NCBI RefSeq assembly: GCF_006345805.1
Contig: NC_043012.1
Location: 39,990,001-40,054,000 of the forward strand
DNA length: 64,000 nt
Direction of reading: 5' to 3'
Source of the DNA: Octopus sinensis
Lineage: Eukaryota
Shown: piece by piece, positions 13,014 to 26,690 of the stretch
Position numbering within the stretch: position 1 is the first letter of the stretch
Layout: each line of letters starts with the position of its first letter
Program-made: the position numbers and the translations under genes
The notes under the pieces: model-generated
Databases searched by the model: none
What the model was told of the DNA's origin: nothing
What the model saw: the letters and a program-made list of their open reading frames with translations, nothing else

Positions 13014-13167
13014 TTATTCATTCACCATTACACGTGTTTCCCAATAGGAATCACAGTTAAAAACTTCTGTCAGAATAACTTGTAATAGGAAATTCCTAAC
13101 GCGTCTAACAGTTAAAGCTTTGTCAGCTGCATTAGCAAATGAAACACGTGTAATGATGAATAAATAA
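13014..13167. mobile_element. MITE-like element with ~27-bp terminal inverted repeats
   Basis: ttcaccattacacgtgtttc (13021-13040) vs gaaacacgtgtaatgatgaa (13141-13160), 1 mismatch, extendable by 7 bp; internal direct repeat acagttaaa...tgtcag. Confidence 0.6.
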
Positions 13168-13247
13168 TGACACAAAATTTCAAATTTCCTCTTTTGTTAT
13201 GTGTGTATAAACATATACCTATATATACAAACATATGTACGCACATG

Positions 13248-13288
<41 letters not shown>

Positions 13289-14103
13289 TTGAAATGTGTC
13301 TGTGCACTTATATATGCGTATACTTGCATATATTCATATACATATGCGTGCATAGTAGATATAACTTTTAATGGCAAGCCAGAGAAGCACCCATTTTTTC
13401 AGACCTTCCATGATTGGAGGAGGAAGAGTACTTACCCTGAAGCTGAAAATCTTCCTAAAGTTCGTGTAACAAAAGCGACATCGCAAAATGCACACAAGGA
13501 TCAGTTAGTGATGCTAAACCTGTGATGTTAAGATGTATTGAGCTTGTGTTCGGGAATTGCTATCATTCGTTTTCGATTTTAGAAGCTCATTAGGACAGTG
13601 TTGTTTTTTTAAGGATCTTTTAAAGTTGAAACCGGTGGTATTAACTACCAGACAAATATTCACATGCAGAAAATAAAAACTTTGTATCATATCATATCAT
13701 GCAGTTAACGAAATTATTTTTATTGTTTAACAAAAATTCCTGGTTGGTGTGTACGTGTTAATGTGTAGTTATATACAAAACCAGTCAAGTACTGAATAGA
13801 CGGATCGCTCAGTACTTTTCAATAAAGTAACATATTTATCTTTACAAAAGATGGATTGAGATTATTTTCGGGATTTCAGATTTGTAGCTTTCGTGAAGGT
13901 GCGTGGCGTAGTAGTTAGGATGTTGTACTCACGATCGCTAGATCGTGGGTTCGGTTCTTTGACTTTCGATTCGTTGACCTTCATTTCCAGTAATCTACTT
14001 AATAGTGGAAGGTGAGGGTACGAGCCCACCGAGGTCGTATAGTGAATGCTGGAGAAGGTTTACATGTAGAGGACATGCCAAAGAGCACCCCACGATTAAA
14101 CCA

Positions 14104-14134
<31 letters not shown>

Positions 14135-16267
14135 TACACCACTGATTTTCTGGCAAGTGATTGTCTAGCACTCCTTTTAATCCAATTAAATTATGAGAAC
14201 TTGAAATTCCTGTGGTGGCCATCCTAGCTCACAAGCGCGCCAACAGGTGACGTTTTATTTACTGTGAGCTTACATACATTATTTGCACTGAACTTCATAG
14301 TGCTGATGCCAAAATTTTGAGAGATCCTCTGCTTATCTAGCTTTAAGTTACTCTTAGCTAGTTTACTTTAATGTGTGTGTGTGTGTGCGTGTGTGTGTGT
14401 GGTGTGTGTGTGTGTGTTTGTGCGTGTGTGTGCGTAAACATATACGTATACATACAAACATATACACGCATTTACTACAGGTAAAAGAATTGAGGGCGCC
14501 AAGCGTAAACACCATTCCATATCGATCCGAGATAAGTAGACCTGTTGAAACAATGTACTCTGGTGCTGCGGTAAGTAAGTTGTGTGATATAATTACTAAT
14601 TAGCGCATAATTCGTAAGTTAAATGTGTGTTGGTGGATTACTGTCACGTACATTGCCCGACCAAATATGCCCTGGGAAATCCGGTTCTCATGGCCAGGTC
14701 CTGTCGAGAAGTTTCGAATCTCAACTCGAACTGAAGCTATTCTACCACTTCAGTTTAAAATGAAATATTTGAACTTGCATTGGCGGGTATTCACAACAAT
14801 AACAACCAACACACACACACACACACATACACACACACACACATACACACACAGATACACACACACATCATTCTGATATATGAAGCACCACCGAAAGCAG
14901 ATGAAATACGATAGACTCAGAAATACTTCACTGAGGTTTATTACGAATATCTGGGAATGGATGAAGCCTACTTGAAACGTCGACGAAATATTGAAGACTA
15001 TTCAGACAATTTGTACGGAACACAAAATCGATAATCTTATCAGTAAACTACAAAAATGAGATAAATTCGAGATTATTAGCATTGGCACATGGCCTTAAAT
15101 TTTATTTTTGGAGGAGGGGGTAGGCTGGCTTGGTTAATTTTTATCGATAATATCGTTTAGTGTTAATTTCCAGACGAATGGAGAGACAAAGTTCAATGGT
15201 AGAGGGAAAACAATTTCTGAAATATACATGTGTGCGTGTATGAGAGTATGTATATATATATATATACACACGTGTGCGTGCGTGTGTGTGCACATGTGTG
15301 TATATGTATATATATGTGTGTGTATGTGTGTACGCCACCGATTTTCCTGTATCCCTGGTTCCAAAGCCTTGACGGATTAACCGTTGTGCCGGACAATCCA
15401 CTTCAAGTAGGGTTCACTCATTTTCAGATATTCGTAATAAATTTCAATGTAGTATTTCCGAGTAGCATTTCACCTGCTTTCGGTGCTGCTTCATGTATCA
15501 GGATGATGTCTACCTGTGTTGGTTGTTATTGTTGTAAGTACCCCAAATACAAGTTCAATATTGCATTTTTAATTGAAATAGCAGAATAACTTCAGCTCGA
15601 CTTGAGATTTGAAACTTCTCGGCAGAACTTGGCCACAGGGACTGGGTTTCCTAGGGTATTTTTTTACAGGGCAGTGTATACACGTCACTCACGATAGGTT
15701 CTCCATCGAAGCCTGCTTCACTGGAACCTTTTGAATGTTGATCGTGCATTATATTAGTGACATCGATTATGAATTTCGTTTTGGTTACGATTTTGATTAT
15801 CGATATTTTCTTCGTTTTAGAAACAGATACCAGTCATATACTGGACTCAATTCAAATGACTACATCCAAATCAGACAAAAGTGAGGCTGCCACTCTTTCA
15901 CTTCAGCTGCCAAACCTGCACTGCCGCCGGTTTAGTATACCCGCAGGCAACGATGCACATGCATACAGTGAGGTTACAACTGGTAAAGATATTCCTTGAC
16001 CAAAGGAAATCCAAGATTGGAAGCGTGGCATTTGTAATTGTCTGGTACTGGCCAATGCAGTTAGCCCTTAAATTCTGTCGATGTTTAGTGATGAGAAACT
16101 GACAATGTACTCGAAGGGATTCTAAGCATTGCCGACACCAACTTCCAATCCGAGGTCTTTCGACAACTTCCAGAAATTCCTACCAGCGTCACTGCGAAAC
16201 ATTGGCGATTAAGGGAAAGCTCTGCAGGCAAGGGAGTGTCATTAAGCTAGTTTGTCCAAGATACATG

Positions 16268-16464
16268 CAGAGAGCTGGCAGAATCGTTAGCACGCCGGGA
16301 AAAATGCTTAGCGGCATTTTGTCCGTCTTTACGTTCTGAGTTCAAATTCCGCCGAGATGGACTTTGCCTTTTATCCTTTCTGAGTCGATGAAATAAGTAC
16401 CAGTTGATCACTGGGTCGGTGTAATCAACATATCCCCTCCCACGAATTTGTTGGCCTTGTGCCA
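16268..16464 (+). mobile_element. SINE family A; its (ATT)n tail abuts a Dong-like element
   Basis: Consensus match ending ggccttgtgccaatattattatt. Confidence 0.9.
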
Positions 16465-16483
16465 ATATTATTATTATTATCAT

Positions 16484-17286
16484 TTTGGTTTGTCTCAGAT
16501 TTGGTCTTATTCCTGGTAGGGATTATGTGGACCGCGGGTTGTTACTTGTAACCTTAGGTATCCACGAGTTTCCATCAGTCCTTCAAGTGCTTAGGACTCT
16601 CTTCTATCGGAGATTCTATTTCAATCTCGCTCAGCCATTAGTCTATATCTTGGCTTACTGTTCCCAACGCACCAATTATTAAAAGCACCACTTTTATTGC
16701 TCGCATGCTACAAATTCTTCCTATTTCAAATTTTAGGGGATTGTATGGGGGGGGGTCCTCTTCCTTTACGATTCAAATGTGCATGATGGGTTGATAAATA
16801 AGCAACTATTCTCTATCTTTGATTATAATATCTGGTCTATTGTTTTCTAACTTCTTGTCCGTTTGAATAGGAAAGTCCCACGAGATCTTATATTTCTCCG
16901 ACTCCAGCACTCTTTCGACTCAATGATTCTACCATGTGTTTTCAGTTTCAAATCCCTATTTCTGGCACAGTTTCCAGTGTGAAACTTTTACAACCTAGTC
17001 GTGACTCGATTTCTTATACTTTTCCACAATGTGTGCCATTGTCTCATTCCAAGTTCCACGGGTTCTACATTTTCCCGACACATTCTCTCCATGTATATTT
17101 TTTACTCAACTTGTTAATCTTTACCACTTGGTCTTAGGCTGCTACAACTAGGCTCTGTTTCTTTTCCTTAATTGCCCCTTTTTTAACCAAGCCTAGAATT
17201 TTGTTCCACATACGTGGAATTGAATTAATTGTTCCAATGAGATCTTTGGAATTCGGCTTTGACTTCAATCATTTTTTACTCTCCTG
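16484..17286 (-). pseudogene. Decayed 5'-truncated R4/Dong-clade non-LTR retrotransposon (restriction-like endonuclease region plus ~100-bp 3' UTR)
   Basis: Minus-strand translation with stops and frameshifts: WLKKG..QSLVVAA*DQ..KCRT..ETMAHIV..HWKLCQK..KISWDFPIQTDKKLENNRPDIIIKD..IIGALGTVS..RVLST*; stop at 16583-16585; (ATT)n at both ends. Confidence 0.85.
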
Positions 17287-17330
17287 TATTATTATTATTA
17301 TTATTATTGTTGTTGTTGTTGTTACTGCTT

Positions 17331-17550
17331 AAGGCGGTGGGCAGGCAGAATCGTTAGCTCGCCGAGCGAAATGCTTAACGGTACTTCATCTGCCGCCACA
17401 TTCTGCGCTCAAATTCTGCTGAGGTCGACTTTGCCTTTCATCCTTTCGGGGGTCGATAAATTAAGTACCACTAGATCACTGGGGACGATGGAATCGACTG
17501 GTTCCTTCCCCTCAAAAAAGTTTCAGGCTTTGTGCCTTTTGTAGAAAGGA
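17331..17550 (+). mobile_element. SINE family A
   Basis: aaggcggtgggcaggcagaatcgttag...gcctttcatcctttcggggg...agaaagga; ATT/GTT tracts on both sides. Confidence 0.9.
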
Positions 17551-18870
17551 TTGTTTTTATTATTATTATTATCGACAATGCCACCTTACCGATATCTGGT
17601 TCGTACAATTCTTTCTCTTCCAAATTCCACTAATTAACATAAATTAACAAATTTCCACTAATTATCATAAAACTAATTTCATCCGCCATGTTGCTTTCCC
17701 TTGACTGCAGTTTCATTCCCGTGGAATTTTTTATCGTTTCTCTTTCTTCTGCAATAATTTCAGGAACCTATTACGAGTGAAAGATGTCTACCACCTTCGT
17801 GAATCACTTTGTGTTTATTAATATTCCTAATTATTCACCGTTATCGTTAATTGTAGACAAATTGTGGAAGAAAAAAAAGGAAAAGAAAAGAAATCAAACT
17901 GAAGCAAAAAATTTGCCCTTTTAGCATTTTTCATATGTAAAGGAATGTGTGTGTATGTGTTTGGCTGGCTTACATAATGTGTGTGTGTATCTTATTTAAT
18001 TTATATAATACTTGGGAGTATATATGCGTATCTACAATGTGGTGTACCAGTGTGTGTGTGTTTGAGGTGCCTTACATAATCCTTTTGTAAGCGTTTATTT
18101 GGTGAATGTCTCTGTGTGTGCTTATTTGTGTGTGTGTGTGTGTGTCTGTGCCTTAAAATGTACATGAATGTTTATATGTATACATATTTATATGTACGTC
18201 ATAGTGTATGCTTTTGTGTGTGTGTGTGCGTGTGTATATATATATATAAATCACCGCATGTGTGTGTCTGTGTGTACACATACTGTGGTTTATTTACCTA
18301 CACACACACACATACAGAGGCAAAGTCTTCCATACACATATTTATGGTAGACATAAGTAGAGCTGATTGCAGCTCAGACAGAAAACATTGGAATTTTATT
18401 CTTGCTTTGTAGCATTTCTCTTTCACTTCCTCTTTCTAACAAATTATTTATCTAACACTCTATCTGTATGTCTACCTATCATTCTTCCTGGATATTTATT
18501 TACACAGTCATCTACCTAATAATCTATCTTGTGTTTGTGTCTTTCCATATATGTATATATTTATGTGTGTGTGTGTGTGTGTGTGTGGCTATCTAGCTAA
18601 TTACCTATCTAGTTCCGTGTGTCTCCATGTTTATATGTCTACGAATATAACTATGTCTAGCTTGTATATGTCTATGAATCTCTCTCTCTCTCCTTCTCTC
18701 TCTCTCTCTCTCTCTGTATGTATGTATGGTGAAGAGTGTGTCAGATGTTTATCTGTCTATATATTTATGTACCTGTCTACATATTTGTCTATATCTGTCG
18801 ATAGTTTTGGCTTTCCATGTATCTATTTATGTATGTGTATGGTTGCATCTCTACAAGTCAATCGATTGAG

Positions 18871-18903
<33 letters not shown>

Positions 18904-20164
18904 CCTCTCACTTTGTGAGGCGTATTTTATCCTCTGTATATCTTTCTTTCTCGCTTGTACTTGTCTAGCAACAAGTGACTTGATCTGTTAGCGTTTGTTG
19001 AAACTGAAGCCATTTCGACGTGTGACAACCATCTCCGCCAACTTTTAGAATGGTATACGCTGATGCGTAACACACATGCACAAATACAGACGTACGAAAA
19101 TAACACACACACACAGACATGCTGTTAGATCCACTTTATTTCATTTTCATTCAAGAAATTTCGATCTCTCTCTCTCTCAACTCTCATTTCATGTTTATTT
19201 TACAAATTCGGTGCAAACAAATTAACTGTAATTATCCATATCTACCGAATCCCAAGTGAAAAGATATTTCCAAGTTGCACAGAGATTCGATAATTATTCT
19301 CTTGTACAAAAGAAATTGCAAGAAGTCGCCAACAGACATGTAAAATACCAATTTTACTGCGATTCTTTCATCGAAAACGAACTGATACCTAGAAATAAGA
19401 TGTCTACCGTTAATTCTGTCTCCCGATTACTCGTGAAATGTGATATGCACGTGACTATGCAATGAGGGCATCATCAGGGAAAGCTATGAAAGGTTGAAAA
19501 GGTGGTTGTTGATATACTGCACGGATAGTGGAACCATCACGGAACAGTTTAGGGAACAAAGAAATTAAAGGAGTTTCTGAATTATCCAAGGCAATAATGA
19601 ACCTGCGATAATGAGTGGTTTAGAGTAGATAAGGGCCAATGATAGAGTGATGTATTCTATGTAAGACTACTTCGCAATTCTAAAGGAAATATTTCGTTTT
19701 TTAAAGCGATCAACAGAGAGGTCGGTAAAAGTGGGAAATGTAGAATAATATGATATCTAAAGAAGATAAAATGATGAAATGTTTGAAAATATATCAAGGT
19801 ACATATCGAAATAAATATGTAACACATTCATAATACGAATAAAATCTATGCATGTGTGTGTGCGTGTATGTGTGTGAATATATATTTATATATATATATA
19901 TATATATATAAAGCTACCATTCATGTGTGATGGCTTTTTCATTAGTTTCATAATTTGAGTGCATACACCGATGTATGATTGAATACTGGTTATAAGGTCA
20001 AAAGAATATTTATTAAGAACAATGACTGATGAAACCAGTGTCGGTAAAACCTAAAAGTAGATTGCCACCATTCATAGAAAATATTATATGTACATACATG
20101 TTTGCGGTGTTTATAGACAGATAGAGAGATATGTGTGGTGTGTAATGCAATAATAATAATAATA

Positions 20165-20320
20165 ATGGTTTCAAATTTTAGCACAATGCCAGCAATTCCA
20201 TCGACCCCCCAGTGCACAACTGGTTCTTATTTCATTGACCTCAAAAGGGTGAAAGGTAAAGTCAAATTTCAATGAAAGACCGACAAAATGCCGCTAAGTC
20301 TTTTTCCCGACGCAGTAAAT
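20165..20320 (-). mobile_element. Truncated SINE family A
   Basis: ggtttcaaattttagcacaa...gtgaaaggtaaagtc...aaatgccgctaag; (AAT)n tail on the plus strand. Confidence 0.7.
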
Positions 20321-20911
20321 AACTACGTCATTAACTTAATTATATTTTTCGACATGTCATATACATAGAATCACTATGTATATATATATATATTGTAAAT
20401 ATTACAGGCGTTATGCGTATGAAAAATGCATGTGTACATTGACAAACATTCATATAAACAAAATATATTCATTTATTTTGACATTGAATCACACTCACAT
20501 ACACCCACAACTCCAAACTAAATACAAAGAAATGCGCCAAGCAACAGTTACTCGGCATCCTACAAATACAGTGTTTAAAATCTTATCTAGAATGAATCCA
20601 AGTTTTTTTTTATCAAATGATACTGTTTGTATCGCAACTATACATCTTTCGCGAATATTCCAAAATATTTTTGTATCGCACTTTTTTATGTGTGTTGCTA
20701 GACTTTTTATAGAAGAAGCAATACTGGAAATGGTTAACTATCATTTAAAAAAATGCCTCATAAGTACATGTGCTATGCCAGAGACTGAATTAGCATATTG
20801 GCTTGTGATCAGCGCTTTCGATATCCATCTATATATAGAAAGAGATGTATACTTGTGTGTGTATAAATATATATATATATTTACGTCAGAGAAATAGATA
20901 CACACACATAC

Positions 20912-20959
<48 letters not shown>

Positions 20960-21117
20960 ATGAATGTGTGTGTGTATAAACTGAATCAATTACATATTCC
21001 AAAAGCTGCAAAACAAGCAGTGGGTATATACATTTATACACTCACAACCACACACAGTCACAATTAAATGGAAATTCCTTTGTTTTATATTTGGAGAAGC
21101 ATATTTAAACAAATACA

Positions 21118-21159
<42 letters not shown>

Positions 21160-21333
21160 ATATATATATGCACATACACACATGTATGTATATATATGTG
21201 CGTGTCAATGTATATGTGTCTATGTGCATTTTAACATGTAAAACATATCTGTGCATACATAAAGGCATATATATATATATGTATAATATATATATATATA
21301 TATATATGTACATATATATATATATATATATAT

Positions 21334-21374
<41 letters not shown>

Positions 21375-21870
21375 GCATACATAGGTAAATACATATATTG
21401 TAGATGATTTTTAGCTACGTATATTTCTATGATATATATTTTTGTGTGTGCGAGTGTACCTATCTGCGTATTTACACTGTGTGTGTTTGTGTGTTTGTGG
21501 GCGTTTGTATATTTGTATTTGCATATATCTATGCATTGACATATAGATACATGCAAATTCGATGTATGCGCAGAGCTATATATACACACATCTGCAATCA
21601 TGTTTTACGAGGTAATTTCCTTATTTATGAGAATCGAAGCTGGCACATTTTATGTATATACCACAACATACACCTCCGCCTTCATTTTTAACATTATTTA
21701 CCCCCACCACACACACACACACATCCTCTCTTCTCAAAACTATGTATATGTGGGGGCGGGGGGTACGCAGAGATATATATTTATATACAAACATATATGC
21801 CTGTACACATACACATACACACATATACATATATATATACATATATATATATATCTACACACACACATAA

Positions 21871-21902
<32 letters not shown>

Positions 21903-22133
21903 TGCGCACGTGTATGTGTGTGTAGAGATGACTATCTGTTCCAACTCCGAGTTTCATGAGTGATTCTTTTCACGTTGCATGAAAAGCAATTCGCCAAACT
22001 GACAGTAATCTCAGGACTACCAAAAACAATAATAATGACACACAACTTGTGTATTGAGTACTTTTATCTTTTTTCTTTTTTTCATCTTCATTACTTATAT
22101 ATGTATGCTTACATATATTACAAATATGTGTGA

Positions 22134-22170
<37 letters not shown>

Positions 22171-22525
22171 ATAGTTCTGTGTGTGTATGTGTGTTGCTGT
22201 CAAATATATTTGTGTATTTTTGTATATCAAAGCTGACTGTATCTACTTTCCTATGTTGAATACACTGCTGGTTCACAGCTCAGCATTACTCATTACAAAT
22301 ACTCCGTATATGCGCACGCACTCACGCGCCCACAGGCACGTGGGGGGACACACACAGACACAAGTTTGTAAGTAAATGCTTTTTCTTTCTCATTTACATC
22401 CTCCTCCTTTCTCTCCACCTCTCCCTCTCTTTCTTCTCTCCCTCTCTTTCGTTATTTTGCTCTCCAAATTTCTATCTTCCTATGTAATACAACAAAGCAG
22501 ATAACTATATTTCTCTCTCTCTCTT

Positions 22526-22557
<32 letters not shown>

Positions 22558-23321
22558 CCCTCTCTCCAACAATCACACTTCAATATAGTTGTATATGTGT
22601 GCGTGTACGCGTGCAAAAGTAGATACATACATACATACATGCATGCATACATACATACATACATACATACATAGAAATACACACACACACCGACGCATCT
22701 CTGCTGCCCTTGCTTCCGAATACTTCCTCAATTCCACCTACCCCACCATCTTTCTTTGCCCCACCTTGCAACTGGCGGCCATAAAGTTAATTTGGACAAG
22801 TCGATAGCTTTCATGTTTTGTAAGGGTGAAACCGGGAAACATGTGGCACGCTACATGGAGATTAATTTGAGTGTCCTTCTGTGTGTGTTTGTGTGTGTGT
22901 GAGAGTCTTCGGACATAATCATGTTTTGCGACTGAGATACTAGGAGTCTTTTAGCACGCTACATGGCAATTAACTGCGTGTGCGTGTGTGTGAGTGTGTG
23001 TATGTGTGTGTGTAAGAGAGTGGGGAGGAATGCATAGATCAAGGGAGAGCAAAGGGACAAAGTGTGTGTGTTTGAATTGCTGTGTTTTTGCGTGTGTTTG
23101 AGTGTATATATATATACCTACACACACGCACATATATATATACATACATATATGTACATATACATACACACACATATATACACACACATATATTCACGCA
23201 CATATATATATTCGCACACACACATATATATACACACATATTCATATATACATATATATATATGTGTATATATATATATACACACACACACATGCATACA
23301 CTCACACGCATAAATATATGC

Positions 23322-23376
<55 letters not shown>

Positions 23377-23380
<4 letters not shown>

Positions 23381-23579
23381 TTGAAGTAGATAAATGAATT
23401 ATCTTATTACGGAGATTTTGTTGGAGAATTAAGTTCCTGGATTTTCCTGAAGAGAAGGCTGCAAAATGGACTCCTTATTCAATCCGAATTAGGGACTTTG
23501 CAGCCTTCGAAACATATGTAGAAAATAATAAAAAGTAATTTTGTTAAATCTTCGTTCAGCTCCATTTCTTCCTACACTT

Positions 23580-23580
<1 letters not shown>
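23377..23580 (+). mobile_element. ~200-bp Penelope-like/retrozyme-like fragment embedded in (TA)n, carrying a hammerhead ribozyme
   Basis: Unique sequence bounded by (TA)n on both sides and containing the ribozyme listed next; the Penelope assignment is inferred from the ribozyme architecture. Confidence 0.6.
23441..23526 (+). ncRNA. Type I hammerhead ribozyme (minimal stem III, long stem II)
   Basis: Stem I ATTTTC/GAAAAT (23441-46/23521-26); core CTGAAGA (23447-53); 12-bp perfect stem II GAAGGCTGCAAA/TTTGCAGCCTTC (23454-65/23497-508); GAAA (23509-12); stem III AC-ATAT-GT; cleavage triplet GTA ending at 23520. Confidence 0.85.
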
Positions 23581-23658
<78 letters not shown>

Positions 23659-24219
23659 TGTGTTTGTGTGTCAGTGTCTGTATAAACGGATGTCAATCAT
23701 AATGCGACTCAAGCTTCATCTCTTCAAGTTGAAACATTGAATTGGTCGGAATTTGAATTTTTAAAAATTTCCTAATCTCCTTGAAATAATCTAGTTTAAA
23801 CATCAATCTTACTCAGAACTGTAATCCCAGCCTCCGTATCTGCTTCGGATTTTGGTCCTTTAACAAATAAATTTCTAATGTTCGTCAGTTCTAATATTTA
23901 AGCTAGCTCACTCTCCCAGGCAACAGCAATTGAACGTCAGCCTCTCTATCTGCAATACAAGCTTGTGGTATCAATGATTTTAATCACTGCTAATGTGGTG
24001 CTCTGTGTACTTTGTGTGTCATTCTGCCAATAGAAACTTGCCAACTGGTTTTGGCCAAAACTTTTATTTGTAATAAAATTAAATAACAACGGAGAAGTGA
24101 ACTACAACGAGTGCGTGTGTGTGTGTTGGTAAAATGACCGTCCAAAGAGTACAACAACCAGTTTCTGTTTCAACGCAATGTTTTGCGTCAGGTATATTTG
24201 TGGCAATATGGTAACAAAT

Positions 24220-24360
24220 TTGCTTCGTAACCACACGGTTGTGGGTTCAGCCCTACAGCGTGGTATCTTGGGCAAGTGTCTTCTACTATAGCCTCAGTCT
24301 GACCAAAACTATGTGAGAAGATTTGGTAGACGTAAAGTGAAGGAAGCCCGTCATGCATGT
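24220..24360 (+). mobile_element. Diverged SINE family B
   Basis: aaccacacggttgtgggttcagccc...tcttgggcaagtgtcttctactatagcc (CORE-like motif). Confidence 0.75.
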
Positions 24361-24499
24361 GTGTGTGAGAGAGGGAGAGAGACCAAAAGATTAATTACCA
24401 GGCTTTTAAAACGTTTCGGGGTCGACTTGTTCGACTAAACCCCTTAAACCAGTATGGTCGCAATCCAAAACCTGAAACAAATAACGAATAAAAGATAAA

Positions 24500-25080
24500 C
24501 CGTGGTCGTGTGGTAAGAATCTTGCTTTCCAGCCACATGGTTCCAAGTTCAGTCCCATTGCGTGGTACCTTGAGCATGTGTCTTCTTCTTTAGCCTCGAG
24601 CCGATCAAAGCCCTGAGAGTGGATTTGGCAGACGGAAACTAAAAGAAGCCTGTCGTGTGTGTGTGTGTGTGTGTGTTGTATGTGTGTGTATTTGTTCCCC
24701 TGCTATCACCTGATAACCGATGATGGAATCTTTAGAAGTCTTTCATAGCTTTATAGTTCATCATGGGAATTTTATTCATTTCTCCACGTGAGTGTGTAAG
24801 CGTGTGTTTGTGCATGTGTGTGTGTGTGTGTGTGTGCGTGTGTGTACACTCTCGCACATGCGTTTTTCTCTTTCGATGTATGCGTGTCTGTGTACGATTA
24901 AATCTTCTTAGATACCGTTCTTTAATGGGAAAAATGCGGTAACCTAGTAGTTCGGCAAAAAGAGACCGATGGAATAAGAACTATGCTTACAATGAATAAC
25001 TCCTGGAGTCGATTTCTTCTACTAAAAATCCTTTAAGACGATGCTCCTGCATCAAATGACTGAAACCAGTAAAAGAATAA
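24500..25080 (+). mobile_element. SINE family B interrupted by a ~210-bp locally duplicated segment
   Basis: Head at ~24500; body to ~24725; family sequence resumes at ~24940 (gtaacctagtagttcggcaaaaagagaccga). Confidence 0.75.
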
Positions 25081-25280
25081 ATGCAAAACCTTAATTGATT
25101 AATCCAGTAATCCATTAATCCATATTGAGACGATGGGTCATCTAAACTGGGATTAACTGTCATCCGGCAAATGTTTAGGGGATTTCAATAGACGTAATTG
25201 CTTTGCAGTGGTTTCCGGTCTTGGATTCAACCGTTTCATAGCTTTTAGAATTTAGCATGGGGGAGTTTAATCTATTTCTC

Positions 25281-25319
<39 letters not shown>

Positions 25320-25535
25320 ACCTTTGCACATGTGTTTTTCTCTTTCGATGTATGCGTATTTGTGTGTTGATGGAACCTACGGATTTGTGTACAATTAAAT
25401 ATTGTTAGACGTCGCTCTTTTTCTGGAAAGAATGCAGTAAAGAGATTCTACAGTGTGTTGTATGTTTGTGTAAGTATATTATATATATATATATGTGTGT
25501 GTGTGTGTCTATTATTTATGTATACGTCTAAACAT

Positions 25536-25591
<56 letters not shown>

Positions 25592-25662
25592 CACACACAT
25601 ATACATATTTGTATGTGTATGTGTGTACACATACACGCGTGGCGCGCATATATATACATATA

Positions 25663-25702
<40 letters not shown>

Positions 25703-25703
25703 C

Positions 25704-25734
<31 letters not shown>

Positions 25735-26173
25735 CATACATAATGCATACATACATACATACCTTATTGGATAACAATCCGGAAAAGTACTTAATACGAA
25801 TGTTGAGTGCAGTAATATATTCGGGTTGTCCAGAATAACTGGCCACCGTGTAGATATATGCATACACACACACGCACAACATACAATTTTTTAATTGTCT
25901 TTTCCCAGTGTGGGGCGCCACTAGTTACACAAACCTCATTCATCATCCGTTCGGTTACCTTTGATTATGAGCCAATCGAAGCATTCAAGCCTCGATAAAC
26001 TTAGCTTCGTAATTGAACACAATTACGTCTCACAATTGCTTCCCACGTTTAAACTCCACCATTTTCGACTTTTGTATCATCTTCTTACTTTGACCAATGC
26101 TCTCCCCCCACCCACCCCCCACCACAAACACCAAAAGAAGAACAAACATAAATGTGAACTTCATAATGCCTAT

Positions 26174-26204
<31 letters not shown>

Positions 26205-26358
26205 CAATCGCTGTGTATGGATGTATGTAGATTTGTGTATATGTTTATATATATATGCGTTGTGTATGTGTAGAAGTATGTATTTATGTATATAATGTAC
26301 GTATGTTCGCGTATATGAACGAATTGCATATATATATGTGTGTATGTGTATATTTATA

Positions 26359-26405
<47 letters not shown>

Positions 26406-26494
26406 GCGAGTGTCTCTGTGTTGTTTATGCGTAAAATCATGTCTAGCTATGAGCAAATATTACCTTACAAGGAAGCAGTTGTACCTTAACAAAT

Positions 26495-26690
26495 TCCATC
26501 CGACCCATGCAAGCATGGAAAAGTGGACGTTAAATGTCGATGATGATGTGTGTTATACAGTGTGCTTGCGTGTGTGTGTGTGTGTGTATGTAACGTATGT
26601 ACATGCCTACCTAACTGTATATATATCTTAATCATCGTCATTTAACGTACGTTTTCCATGCTGGCATGGGTTCGGCAGTTTGACAGGATT
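26495..26690. repeat. Two oppositely oriented ~45-bp fragments of a (GAT)n-tailed retroposon 3' end
   Basis: acccatgcaagcatggaaaagtggacgttaaatgtcgatgat (+, 26503-26545) and the reverse complement of 26631-26672. Confidence 0.65.

Noticed and set aside
14870-15050. Penelope-like tail with gatgaagcctacttgaaacgtc
   Set aside because: Core CTGANGA is absent and stems do not pair; too degenerate to call.
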